Translations under genes and position numbers: made by a program
Assembly: GCA_016208615.1 (NCBI GenBank)
Contig: JACQXS010000036.1
Location: 1-53,546 of the forward strand
Length of the DNA stretch: 53,546 bases
Direction: 5' to 3'
Source: Candidatus Stahliibacteriota bacterium
GTDB taxonomy: Bacteria; Hydrothermota; UBA3073; JACQXS01
The notes under the pieces: generated by a model
Databases searched by the model: none
Seen by the model: the letters and a program-made list of their open reading frames with translations, nothing else
What the model was told of the DNA's origin: nothing
Part shown: in pieces, positions 1 to 9,395 of the stretch
Layout of the letters: the number at the start of each line of letters is the position of its first letter
Position numbering within the stretch: the first letter of the stretch is position 1

Positions 1-468
1 GTCTATCTAATAAGGACAGGTGCCGCGGGTGATACTTTATGGACAAGAACATATGGAGGAATTGGCGGTGATTACGGCTATTCAGTTCAGGAGTGTTATG
101 GTGGCGGGTTTATCATAGCAGGTGAGACAGAGTCCTTTGGAGCTGGTGGCACTGATGTCTATCTAATAAGGACAGATGCAGCGGGTAATACTTTATGGAC
201 AAGAATTTATGGCGGAACTGACGATGATTGTGGCTATTCAGTTCAGGAGTGCATGGGTGGCGGGTTTATCATAGCAGGCAGGACAGGTTCTTTTGGAGCT
301 GGCATGTGGGATGTCTATCTAATAAGGACAGATGCAAATGGAGATACTTTATGGGCAAGAACATATGGAGGAACTCGCGATGATTGTGGCTATTCAGTTC
401 AGGAGTGCATGGGTGGCGGGTTTATCATAGCAGGCGAGACAGGTTCTTTTGGAGCTGGCAATAGTGAT
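1..468. repeat. 156-bp tandem repeat x3 (coding, 52-aa blades)
   Basis: Units start with gtctatctaataaggaca at nt 1, 157 and 313. A degenerate fourth unit starts at 469 (gtctggctgataagga). Confidence 0.85.
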
Positions 469-603
469 GTCTGGCTGATAAGGATTTCTGAGGTGGGAGT
501 GGAAGAAACAGAAGACAGAGGACAGAAGACAGAAGTCAGATTAGAGGTGTATCCTAATCCATCTATTCGGTCAGCGGTTATCGGGTATCGGTTCAAGCTA
601 TAA
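1..603 (+). CDS. 5'-partial secreted beta-propeller-type repeat protein ending in a truncated T9SS-like tail
   Basis: Frame +1 is open from nt 1 (VYLIRTGAAGDTLWTRTYGG...), so the listed ORF 253..603 is only the last part. Contains near-identical 52-aa units DVYLIRTDAxGDTLWxRTYGGxxDDxGYSVQECxGGGFIIAGxTxSFGAG. Ends VGVEETEDRGQKTEVRLEVYPNPS..., which is the start of a Por/T9SS sorting domain that stops after about 20 aa. Confidence 0.6.
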   Translation, partial: VYLIRTGAAGDTLWTRTYGGIGGDYGYSVQECYGGGFIIAGETESFGAGGTDVYLIRTDAAGNTLWTRIYGGTDDDCGYSVQECMGGGFIIAGRTGSFGAGMWDVYLIRTDANGDTLWARTYGGTRDDCGYSVQECMGGGFIIAGETGSFGAGNSDVWLIRISEVGVEETEDRGQKTEVRLEVYPNPSIRSAVIGYRFKL

Positions 604-735
604 CTATGGCATTCTCGCTCGGTTTTGTAGTAGATATACCAGCGTAAGTAGGGTGGGTTTTAATTTTTGATATTTGATTTTTGATATGATATTGGGTATC
701 CCTGCTGCCCTTAAAAACAGGGAAAGGAGGAGCAA

Positions 736-1302
736 ATGAGTGCAATTTTACTTCTATTAGTAAATTTTAGTGGCTCTATCGGACCATCATACGGGTATTA
801 CTCGCCATCACTGGATTCACTTAATACTTGGCTACATGAAAAGGGCGAACGGGAACTACGGACTACAGCTATAACTTTGGGTGCAAGTGGCAGAATAGAT
901 TTAATGAAAATTATAACCCTTGAGGCAACGATGGATTATTACAAGGGTAAATCGCCTGACAAAAAGAGAAGCTTATTCTTGTTACCCATAGATATGTATC
1001 TGACATACAAGCATGTGCTTTTCCCAGTATTCTTGCACACCTACATAGGTGCAGGATTAGGACTATGCTATACAGAATATGAGGACCAAAGTACGAAAAC
1101 AAATGGATGGGCTATGGGACCTGTTGTAAAAACGAGTGCAGAGTTCATACCAACACCTCGGCTGGGGATTGAAATATCAGGGGGATGGAGATTTATAAAG
1201 GCGAATGATTTAGGTATTATAGACCCGGACACCGAGAGTCCTATTCCCGTCAGTCTCTGGGGTGGATTTTTTAAAGTTACCTTTGAACGACTACTAAAAT
1301 AA
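736..1302 (+). CDS. hypothetical protein (possibly a beta-barrel or membrane-associated protein)
   Basis: 188-aa ORF preceded by a strong SD (ggaaaggaggagcaaATG). Rich in alternating aromatic and Gly residues. No family recognised. Confidence 0.5.
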   Translation: MSAILLLLVNFSGSIGPSYGYYSPSLDSLNTWLHEKGERELRTTAITLGASGRIDLMKIITLEATMDYYKGKSPDKKRSLFLLPIDMYLTYKHVLFPVFLHTYIGAGLGLCYTEYEDQSTKTNGWAMGPVVKTSAEFIPTPRLGIEISGGWRFIKANDLGIIDPDTESPIPVSLWGGFFKVTFERLLK

Positions 1303-1384
1303 AGAGACTATTGTAGAAATAGAAAAAACCATAGTTTATTCTAAATAATCTCTAACTTTAATCCACACTTAAATCAGGAACTAT

Positions 1385-2938
1385 ATGTCCATTTATTATT
1401 GTGATGGTAAGCGCTTAAAACGCGGTATAAGTGCGAGTGTAAGTTGGTTGGCTCAAAACCGCGCTGCTGTGGATGCGCTTAATGTGTTCCCTATACCGGA
1501 TGGAGATACAGGTACAAATATGGTATTTACATTACAGAAGGTTATTGATGGGCTTGGAACCTTACCTACAAATCATCTCCCGCTTATAGCAAGTCAGATA
1601 GCAGAAAGTTCTTTATTGGGAGCAAGGGGTAGCTCCGGAGTTATATTATCCCAGATATTGCGTGGTTTGGCAGAAGGCATAGGTGAGCAGAAGCGTATCA
1701 ATTCTATGGACCTTGCTTTAGCTTTAAGAATAGCCGCCCAAAGAGCATATTCAGCAGTAGAAAAGCCAGCCGAAGGTACTATACTAACCTTAATAAAGGA
1801 AATAGCCGAAGCAGGAGTAATATGGGCAAAAAAGAGTAAGGATATAACCCTACTTCTTAGCCATATATTAGAAATCGGGGAACAAACCCTTTTAAGGACA
1901 AAGGATATGCTACCTGAGTTGAGGTGTGCCAATGTGATAGATGCTGGGGGAAAAGGGTTCTTGCTTATGATAGAGGGGATATTGAAGCTAATTAGGGGTG
2001 AAAAATTTACCTCCACAGCACCTGCTACATTATCAAAGCCAAATATAGAACGCAAGAAAATGGAAGAAAGATATTGCCTTAGTTTCATAATTAAAGGGAC
2101 AACTACTGTAAGGAAGGAGATAGAATTATATGGCAAAGATATTGTCATAGCAAGTATGGGGGATATAACAAAAGTGCATATCCATACAGATTGCACGGAT
2201 AAAATATTGGAAATTGCTAAAAGATATGGCACGGTATCAGAAGTTAAAATAGAGGATATGCAAGAACAGCACTATGAATTCATAGATAAGCAAATAGCCG
2301 TAGTAGTTGTAGCTGCGGGCAATGGGATATGCGAGATATTCAAAAGACTTGGCACAGATATTGTGATAGAAGGAGGGCAAACGATGAATCCTTCCGTAGA
2401 AGATATTGTATCTGCGATTCAAGGTGTAGCGGCTGAAAAAGTAATCCTACTGCCCAATAATTCTAATATTATTCCCGCAGCAACAGGGGCAGCTAAAATT
2501 AGTACTAAAAAGGTGCATATTGTACCCACAAAAACAATACCTGAGGGGATAGCAGCTTTGACGGCAATACAGCCAGAAACTACAATAGAAGAAAATATGG
2601 AACGAATGAGTGAAGCTATCAAGAATGTAAAATCAGGAGAAATTACTCAGGCGGTGAGAGATTCAAAAGTAGGGGAAAGTGAGATAATTAAGGGTAACTA
2701 CATAGGGATATCTAATCACTCAATAGTTGGGACAAGCAAAACAAAATTGGAGATGCTACTTCTATTGTTAAAGTCAATAGTTGCGGATGAAAATAGTATT
2801 ATCTCTATATTTTACAATAATCTGGACGAAGATGTAGATAAACTATCGCATAATATAAGGAATAAGTTCAATTGGGTAGATGTAGAATTCTATTATGGCG
2901 GTCAACCTCACTACGACTATATTGTTGCAGTTGAATAA
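1385..2938 (+). CDS. yloV: DAK2 domain fusion protein YloV
   Basis: N-terminal Dak2 motif PIPDGDTGTNM with SSLLGARGSSGVILSQ. Length 517 aa with a C-terminal YloV-type domain. Followed by a degV-family gene, which is the usual arrangement. Confidence 0.8.
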   Translation: MSIYYCDGKRLKRGISASVSWLAQNRAAVDALNVFPIPDGDTGTNMVFTLQKVIDGLGTLPTNHLPLIASQIAESSLLGARGSSGVILSQILRGLAEGIGEQKRINSMDLALALRIAAQRAYSAVEKPAEGTILTLIKEIAEAGVIWAKKSKDITLLLSHILEIGEQTLLRTKDMLPELRCANVIDAGGKGFLLMIEGILKLIRGEKFTSTAPATLSKPNIERKKMEERYCLSFIIKGTTTVRKEIELYGKDIVIASMGDITKVHIHTDCTDKILEIAKRYGTVSEVKIEDMQEQHYEFIDKQIAVVVVAAGNGICEIFKRLGTDIVIEGGQTMNPSVEDIVSAIQGVAAEKVILLPNNSNIIPAATGAAKISTKKVHIVPTKTIPEGIAALTAIQPETTIEENMERMSEAIKNVKSGEITQAVRDSKVGESEIIKGNYIGISNHSIVGTSKTKLEMLLLLLKSIVADENSIISIFYNNLDEDVDKLSHNIRNKFNWVDVEFYYGGQPHYDYIVAVE

Positions 2939-2953
2939 AATAGGAGGTTAAAG

Positions 2954-3772
2954 ATGGTTAAAATAATTACAGATAGTACAGCAGATTTGCCAGAAACTAT
3001 AGCTACTCAATACAATATCGGGGTTGTGCCTCTGTATATAAGTTTTGGTAATAAGATGTATAAAGAAGGAGTAGATATATCTAAGCCGGAATTCTATCAC
3101 AAGTTTAGAGAATATGAGTCACTTTCAGGTGGGTTGCCAACAACCTCTCAACCATCCAGTAAATTAAGTGGCACCTGTGAATCAGCAAACAGGGCCAAAA
3201 AAGAACTAAATAAAGATATTACGGTAATAGATTCTGGTATGGTATCGGCGGGACTGGGATTAATAGTCTTGTGTGCTGCAAGGGCGGCTAAAAATGGCAA
3301 GAACAAGGAACAAATAATTGAAATGATTGAAGAAGCAAAAGGTAAAATTAAGGTCTATTTTACAGTAGAGAACTTGAAATATTTAGAAAAGGGTGGCAGA
3401 ATAGGGAAGGCACAAGCATTAGTAGGCAATATTTTGCACATTTTACCTATTCTATCGTTTAAGGATGGAATTATTATACCTATTGAAAAGGTGCGTGGTA
3501 GTAAGAAAGTTTTGCCCAAATACAAGGAACTTATAAATAGAGAGATGGCAAACTTTGTTAAATTTAATCCTAAAGAAAACTCTATCCTATCACCGCAAAT
3601 AGAGGTGCTGTTAGTCCATGCAGATTGTATAGAAAAGGCGAATGAACTTGAAGCTATGTTGCGTACAAGTTTCAACTGCAAGGAAGCTATTACTACCAGT
3701 TTAATTGGTGGAGTTGTAGGCTCACATACAGGTCCCGGAACTTGGGGAATTGCTTTTACTTGGTATTATTAA
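2954..3772 (+). CDS. DegV family fatty-acid-binding protein with an apparent internal deletion
   Basis: KIITDSTADLP start, TTSQPS, LSGT and GPGTWGIAF motifs. The roughly 22 aa normally found between TSQP and LSGT are missing. Confidence 0.75.
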   Translation: MVKIITDSTADLPETIATQYNIGVVPLYISFGNKMYKEGVDISKPEFYHKFREYESLSGGLPTTSQPSSKLSGTCESANRAKKELNKDITVIDSGMVSAGLGLIVLCAARAAKNGKNKEQIIEMIEEAKGKIKVYFTVENLKYLEKGGRIGKAQALVGNILHILPILSFKDGIIIPIEKVRGSKKVLPKYKELINREMANFVKFNPKENSILSPQIEVLLVHADCIEKANELEAMLRTSFNCKEAITTSLIGGVVGSHTGPGTWGIAFTWYY

Positions 3773-3876
3773 GCTTCCTCCCCTCTATACTCTTATATGG
3801 GAGCAGTTTTCTCTTCATTTGACATTTGAACTTTGAGTTTTGGACTTTTTGTGTATTTTAGTGGTTTAGTGATTTT

Positions 3877-3948
3877 GTGGCAATGGATTTCTTTTGTCCT
3901 TAACGAATCTAACGATACTAACGCACATAACTTTTAGACTTTTTTATT
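3877..3948. repeat. interspersed non-coding repeat, family B, copy 1
   Basis: gtggcaatggatttctttt..cttaacgaatctaacgatactaacgcacataacttttagacttttttatt is about 80% identical by eye to 53302..53408. Confidence 0.6.
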
Positions 3949-3975
3949 GAAGGGACTGAAAAAGTGATAATCACT

Positions 3976-4093
3976 GCAAATTGTCATGCTGAACAGCTGT
4001 CATTCTGAACCCTTCACCTGTCATTCTGAACGGAGTGAAGAATCTCTATATATTGTTCAGGGAAAGCTCCGTGAAGAATCTAATATAATCAAC
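3976..4093 (+). repeat. interspersed non-coding repeat, family A, copy 1
   Basis: gcaaattgtcatgctgaac..tgtcattctgaacccttcacctgtcattctgaacggagtgaagaatctctata..gtgaagaatctaatataatcaac matches the reverse complement of 38830..38986. Confidence 0.75.
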
Positions 4094-4189
4094 ATATAGG
4101 AACAGCGGCAGTGACAGGTATATATTCTTTAGGAATATGTGTAGACTATGCGTTAAGGAGCGATACTCATTCTGGACCTTCCCCTTCAA

Positions 4190-4942
4190 TTAATACTTAT
4201 CTCTATCTATACATCGGAGGTAATACTTTGTTTTGTAGTTCACCTCTTTTAGATATAGACCACAGGAAACGGCACAAAGACAAGGTTTTTTGCCTTTTAG
4301 TTCTAATGCTTCTTTAATATCATTTTCATCTATTTTACCTCTGCCGAGTGTAACAAGTACTCCAATAATCATTCTCACCATCCGCCGCAGAAATCTATTT
4401 GCCTCTATTTCAAAATTAAGTTCATTAGATTGCTGTGTAAGAATAAATCGTATAACTTTACACTCTCCTGTATCTTTGTGTGCCAATAAATCAAATTGAT
4501 GTGTGCCAAGGAATAGAGGTAAAGCATTTTTAATTCTATCTATATCCAGTTTATAGGTATATTCCCACACTCTTGTGTGCAAAATAGGAGACCTATTAAG
4601 TAATATTCTGTAAAGATATGTGCGAGAAAGGGCATCTCTACGGGAATTAAACTCTAATGGCATTTGGGTAGCACTTTTAATATAAATATCTCGGGGTAAT
4701 TTAAGCAGTGCCTTTTTAATACTATAAGCAGAAAGATTAGATGTAGTTGTAAAATTAGCTACCTGGCAAATAGCATGAGTCCCCGCGTCAGTTCTGCCCG
4801 CTACAACAAGTTTAATCTTTTCTTGTAGTATTTCATTTAATTTTAGCTCAATCTCTCCTCTTACTGTGCGTTTATGTGGCTGAATTGACCAGCCATAAAA
4901 ATTAGTCCCATCATATTCAATTTCAAGTTTGATATTTTGCAT
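4190..4942 (-). CDS. truA: tRNA pseudouridine(38-40) synthase TruA
   Basis: IEYDGTNFYGWSIQP and the catalytic-Asp motif AGRTDAGTHA. Length 250 aa. Confidence 0.9.
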   Translation of the reverse strand: MQNIKLEIEYDGTNFYGWSIQPHKRTVRGEIELKLNEILQEKIKLVVAGRTDAGTHAICQVANFTTTSNLSAYSIKKALLKLPRDIYIKSATQMPLEFNSRRDALSRTYLYRILLNRSPILHTRVWEYTYKLDIDRIKNALPLFLGTHQFDLLAHKDTGECKVIRFILTQQSNELNFEIEANRFLRRMVRMIIGVLVTLGRGKIDENDIKEALELKGKKPCLCAVSCGLYLKEVNYKTKYYLRCIDRDKY

Positions 4943-4945
4943 AGA

Positions 4946-5473
4946 TTATTTATCATTACCCATTTGTTTTTGTATGCTTTCTATGGCATATTTTAAGGTA
5001 GAAGTAATTGAATCTTTGCGTCCACTCTTAACAAGGTCAGCAAATTTCAAGGCTATGAGCAAAGTTTCGCCTAACCTTAACTTGTGCAGAGTAATCCAAT
5101 CTAAAGATTTGGCAAGCTCAATTGGTGGAGTAGAGAGAATAAAAATCAACGAATACCCTATAGCTAATAAAACTTTTGCCCCAAGTATAGTACCTTTATG
5201 TAAGCCTTCGTATGTTATACTATAAGCTATTATTCTGCCGGGAGTAAAAAATAACGGTAAAGCAAATGTAACAACAATGAAAGGTAGGAACAAAACAAAC
5301 CGCCTAATAAAAGATTTTTTATGAGGAAGCAAGATGATAAAAATAGCCAGAATGATTAAGAGCAGATTACATATCTGTAAAGAAGAAGTTAATCCACAAA
5401 GAACAAGAATGGCTAAGGTGAACACGAGCTTTAATTTCGAGTTTAATCCTACCAATAGGTTGCTGCATGTCAT
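4946..5473 (-). CDS. short EcfT/CbiQ-like transmembrane protein
   Basis: Multi-TM protein with an ITYEGLHKGTILGAKVLLAIGYSLIFILSTPPIELAKSL segment resembling the EcfT core. Sits directly upstream of truA, as ecfT does in Firmicutes. Only 175 aa, and there are no ECF ATPase genes nearby. Confidence 0.45.
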   Translation of the reverse strand: MTCSNLLVGLNSKLKLVFTLAILVLCGLTSSLQICNLLLIILAIFIILLPHKKSFIRRFVLFLPFIVVTFALPLFFTPGRIIAYSITYEGLHKGTILGAKVLLAIGYSLIFILSTPPIELAKSLDWITLHKLRLGETLLIALKFADLVKSGRKDSITSTLKYAIESIQKQMGNDK

Positions 5474-7176
5474 TCTTCCGCTGGTTCTTCTATAGGTTTC
5501 TTAGGCTTTGTTTTTTTCTTAGGTTTACGCTCTTCTTTTTCATCGGCTTTACGCTCTTCTTTTTCATCGGCTATACGCTCTTCTTTTTCATCGGCTATAT
5601 GCTCTTCTTTTGCCTCTGACTCAGAATATTCCTTTTCTGATAGTATTATTCTTTTGCGTTCTTCATCTACTTCCAAAAGGTTAAGATTTATCTCCTCCCC
5701 AATCTCATATTGGGCTTTGGATTTAAGCAGATGATTTGATGGAACAAATCCTTCCATTCTATGTTTTCCGATAAGGAATTTCGCTATAAGACCCTTGTCA
5801 ACAATCTCTTTTACCTTACCACCTTTTACATTAGTAAGTACTGCCTCTTTAAGTGCAATTATAGGGTTATCTTCCATCTCTTTCAAGCTCAGCGTTATTC
5901 TTCTATTTTGTATATCCACATTCAGTATTTTACACTTTATTTGCTGCCTTTTTCTCAAAATATCTCCCGGATGGTCAAAGTGTTCTGTCCATGACAAATC
6001 ACCTATATGCAATAAACCTTCTATTCCTTCTTCTAATTCAATAAAGGCACCAAATTTGGAAAATCCCTTTACAGTACCTGAAACTATTGAGCCGGGGGCA
6101 TACTTTTCACTTATTCGCTCCCACGGATTGGGTAGAGTTTGGCGTAAAGATAAGGCAACCTTTTCCTCTTCTCTATTCACATTAAGTACCACTACCTGAA
6201 TCGTATCCCCGACAGCCAGAATATCGGATGGCGAATGAACATGAGTCCAGGACATTTCAGAAATATGTATTAGTCCCTCTATACCGGGTTCAAGTTCAAT
6301 AAACGCACCATAGTCAGTAATGGAAGTGATTTTGCCCTTAATAAGAGAGCTTACCGGATACCGTTCTTCCACTCCCTCCCAAGGAGAAGGTGAAAGTTGT
6401 TTTATCCCCAATGTTAAATGGCCTTCCGCTTTATCAATACCAAGCACTTTTACCTTTACTTTATCTCCGATTCTCAGTAGCTCAGACGGATGCGTTATCC
6501 TTCCCCATGCTAAATCAACAATATGTACTAATCCGTCCACTCCTCCAATATCTACAAAGGCACCAAAGTCCACTACATTCTTAACTACACCATCTATTAT
6601 TTCTCCTTCCTTAACGCTATCCCAAATCTCGTCCTTTTTCTTATGCCATTCCTCTTCTAATAAAGCTCGCCTTGATACTATGACATTAGTCCGTAATCTA
6701 TCAAATTTAGTTACTCTAACACTTACAACCTGACCTACCAATTTACTCATATCCCTAACTTCTACTATATCTATTTGTGACCCGGGCAAAAAAGCTTCCA
6801 ATCCTTTAATCAACACAATACATCCGCCTCTTACGGGCTTTATTACCTTAGCTTCTAATGGTACCTTCTCTTCGTAGCTTTTCTTAATATCATCCCATAC
6901 TCGTAGTAAATCAGCTTTTCTCTTTGACAGAAATATAAGCCCTTCATCCTCTATAATCCTCTCAAGGTAGAAGTCGTATCTATCTCCTAATTTAATAGCA
7001 GACGGGTCATCAAATTCAGATAAATAGACAGAGCCCTCTGATTTACATCCTATATCTATAAAGGCTTCTGCCACTGAAATCCCGACTACTTTGCCCTCTA
7101 CTATACTACCTTCTACTACTCGTTCTAATGATTCCTCTATTAGTTGTAGAATTGCATCTTTCTCACTTCTCTCCAT
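5470..7176 (-). CDS. rpsA: 30S ribosomal protein S1
   Basis: Multiple S1 domains (GxVxxxxxFGAFVDIGGVDGLVHISD-type motifs). Start moved to the ATG at 7176, which follows GGGAGGTaaaaaag. The C-terminus is a charged tandem repeat. Confidence 0.9.
   Translation of the reverse strand: MERSEKDAILQLIEESLERVVEGSIVEGKVVGISVAEAFIDIGCKSEGSVYLSEFDDPSAIKLGDRYDFYLERIIEDEGLIFLSKRKADLLRVWDDIKKSYEEKVPLEAKVIKPVRGGCIVLIKGLEAFLPGSQIDIVEVRDMSKLVGQVVSVRVTKFDRLRTNVIVSRRALLEEEWHKKKDEIWDSVKEGEIIDGVVKNVVDFGAFVDIGGVDGLVHIVDLAWGRITHPSELLRIGDKVKVKVLGIDKAEGHLTLGIKQLSPSPWEGVEERYPVSSLIKGKITSITDYGAFIELEPGIEGLIHISEMSWTHVHSPSDILAVGDTIQVVVLNVNREEEKVALSLRQTLPNPWERISEKYAPGSIVSGTVKGFSKFGAFIELEEGIEGLLHIGDLSWTEHFDHPGDILRKRQQIKCKILNVDIQNRRITLSLKEMEDNPIIALKEAVLTNVKGGKVKEIVDKGLIAKFLIGKHRMEGFVPSNHLLKSKAQYEIGEEINLNLLEVDEERKRIILSEKEYSESEAKEEHIADEKEERIADEKEERKADEKEERKPKKKTKPKKPIEEPAEE
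5527..5613. repeat. 24-bp tandem repeat, about 3.5 units, inside the rpsA 3' end
   Basis: acgctcttctttttcatcggctwt units starting at 5527, 5551 and 5575, encoding ADEKEERI/K repeats. Confidence 0.85.
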
Positions 7177-7223
7177 CTTTTTTACCTCCCTGCCTGCCAA
7201 AGCTTTTTAGCATCGGACAGGCA

Positions 7224-8051
7224 TTATATGTTTGTCACTTTTTCAATTACTTCATCTATTATCCAATCAGGAGTACTTGCCCCGGATGTAATCCCTACAC
7301 TATGCTTGTCAGAAAACCATTTCGTGTCTATTTCATCTACTGTTTCTATATGATAAGTAGGGCAAGGGTGTGCCAGTTCAACTAATCTTCGTGTATTAGC
7401 CGAATTCCTACCCCCCACAACTATCATTATATCGACCTTTTTAGCAAGCTCTACGGTATGCTTTTGACGCGAAATGACATCTTTGCAAATCGTATTATAC
7501 ACACGAAGCTCTTCTGCTTTCATCAAAAGATGTGCAACAGCATCCTTAAATCTTTGAACTGAAAGAGTAGTTTGGACAATTACACCTATCTTATTCTCTT
7601 TCTTTACCTTAGCTAAAGCCGCCAAATCACTTATAATTTCTGCTTGATTCCCAATATGTCCCAAAATACCCTGTACCTCAGGATGCTCACTTTCGCCAAC
7701 TATAACAACTTTATATCCCTCTGTCAATAGTTTTTTTGCATATTCTTGTGCTCGCTTGACAAATGGACAAGTAGCATCTATTACAGAAAACCCACGCTCG
7801 CTTGCTTCGGTTATTACGCTTAGCGGTACTCCGTGTGACCTTATGATTAATTTGCCTGCCCCCACAGCATCCAATGACTCAATTGGTATTACGCCAGATG
7901 CTTTAAGTCTATCTATTACTTGTGGATTGTGAATTATAGGACCGTATGTATAAACTGGTACTCCTGCCTCTTTTATGACCCGGTTAGCTATATCTATTGA
8001 GCGTCTGACACCAAAACAAAACCCATGCTCAGGGGTATGCAATATCTTCAT
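7224..8051 (-). CDS. ispH: 4-hydroxy-3-methylbut-2-enyl diphosphate reductase
   Basis: GFCFGVRR, DATCPFV and NTICKDV supply the three Fe-S cysteines. Lies next to rpsA, as in many bacteria. Confidence 0.9.
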   Translation of the reverse strand: MKILHTPEHGFCFGVRRSIDIANRVIKEAGVPVYTYGPIIHNPQVIDRLKASGVIPIESLDAVGAGKLIIRSHGVPLSVITEASERGFSVIDATCPFVKRAQEYAKKLLTEGYKVVIVGESEHPEVQGILGHIGNQAEIISDLAALAKVKKENKIGVIVQTTLSVQRFKDAVAHLLMKAEELRVYNTICKDVISRQKHTVELAKKVDIMIVVGGRNSANTRRLVELAHPCPTYHIETVDEIDTKWFSDKHSVGITSGASTPDWIIDEVIEKVTNI

Positions 8052-8650
8052 TGTGCTAACTCTCTTACCTTACATTCTACTTCTTGGGTAAAAAGTTCAC
8101 GCCCTTCTTTATTTACCTTAAATTTATTAGCCAAGATAGGTGTGCCGAACTTCACATATACCCTATTCTGGCGAACTAATTGACTAATAAGTGAAGTGTT
8201 TGTTCCTTTTATAAAAGTAGGTACTATGGGAACGCTCGTTCTTAAAGCAAACCACCCTATACCGGGATTAAACTTTAAAAAATTACCCGTCCTACTCCGT
8301 GTGCCTTCGGGGAAAAAAAGTAACCCCAATCCCTTATCTAACAAAGTCTCTATGTATTTCAAGTTTTCTTTACTCGGCTTCTTTGTATTGATAGGATAAG
8401 CATTAAAAGCCTTCATCACCCAACTATAAAACTTATTAACCGCAAATATCTCATTTTTAGAAAAAAAGTAACACTCACGACACCAAACTGCCGCCCCTAT
8501 AAGTGGGGGGTCGTAATTAGATAAATGATTAGCAGCTATAATTATACCACCAGTATTAGGAATATTTTCTCTACCCTCTACCTTAAATCCAAACAATACT
8601 TTCCATACCCAATAAATAATTCTACTTCCTATACGATACCTTAATTTCAT
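8048..8650 (-). CDS. plsC: 1-acyl-sn-glycerol-3-phosphate acyltransferase
   Basis: NHLSNYD (HX4D) and FPEGTRS motifs. Confidence 0.85.
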   Translation of the reverse strand: MKLRYRIGSRIIYWVWKVLFGFKVEGRENIPNTGGIIIAANHLSNYDPPLIGAAVWCRECYFFSKNEIFAVNKFYSWVMKAFNAYPINTKKPSKENLKYIETLLDKGLGLLFFPEGTRSRTGNFLKFNPGIGWFALRTSVPIVPTFIKGTNTSLISQLVRQNRVYVKFGTPILANKFKVNKEGRELFTQEVECKVRELAQ

Positions 8651-8675
8651 TTCTAAAAATAAAAATTACATATTG

Positions 8676-9392
8676 TCATTTTGATGTTTGATTTTTAATA
8701 TTTGATATTACTTTTATCACTGCCTCCACTTCTTCATCAATACTGAGATTAGTGGTATCTATAATCACAGCATCTTCTGGAATACGGAGAGGCGAATACT
8801 CTCTTTGGCTATCTTGCAAATCTCTTGACAACAAATCTTTCTCTATTTTCTCTATCGTACTATACATACCTTTTTCTGTCCCGCCCAAACGGGATTGGAG
8901 TTTATCCCGACGAAAGCGGAACTTCGCTACAACAAGCTCATTAGCTCTACGCTTTGCCCTTTCGGAGAGTGACGCATCCAAATAAATTTTAACCTCTGCC
9001 TCAGGGAAAACTACGGTCCCGATGTCTCTACCTTCACAGACAACATCGTAAGACCGCGCAAGTCTTCTTTGTAAAGTAACCATATTTTCTCTTACCCCTT
9101 TATAAGTAGCACAAAGCGAAGCAACTCTCCCAACCTCTTCAGTTCTTATCTCTTGGGTTATATCTTCACCATCTAAAATTACTTTACCCTCTTCAAAATC
9201 AATAGTAAGTTCTGATGCTAAATGTTCAACTGCGTGCCTTTCTTTCGGGTCAATATTATTTCTTATCACTGCCAAAGCCACTGCACGATAAGTAGCACCT
9301 GTATCAAGATACTTAAACCCCAACTTCTGTGCTACTAATCTCGCCGTAGTAGATTTACCCGAACCTGCCGGACCATCAATCGTCACTATCAT
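8676..9392 (-). CDS. cmk: cytidylate kinase
   Basis: IVTIDGPAGSGKST P-loop and YLDTGATYRA. The C-terminal tail ISNIKNQTSK is encoded by a tgatatttgattttt-type word repeat. Confidence 0.9.
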   Translation of the reverse strand: MIVTIDGPAGSGKSTTARLVAQKLGFKYLDTGATYRAVALAVIRNNIDPKERHAVEHLASELTIDFEEGKVILDGEDITQEIRTEEVGRVASLCATYKGVRENMVTLQRRLARSYDVVCEGRDIGTVVFPEAEVKIYLDASLSERAKRRANELVVAKFRFRRDKLQSRLGGTEKGMYSTIEKIEKDLLSRDLQDSQREYSPLRIPEDAVIIDTTNLSIDEEVEAVIKVISNIKNQTSK

Positions 9393-9395
9393 AAG

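Noticed and set aside
1594-2232. 212-aa antisense ORF inside yloV, and the similar 30203..30700 inside dnaJ and 47641..48288 inside htrA
   Set aside because: They lie opposite well-supported conserved genes. They have no recognisable motifs and an out-of-frame-like composition.
4111-4317. 68-aa ORF at the degV/truA convergent gap
   Set aside because: It overlaps the truA 3' end on the opposite strand and starts in repeat family A sequence. There is no supporting signal.
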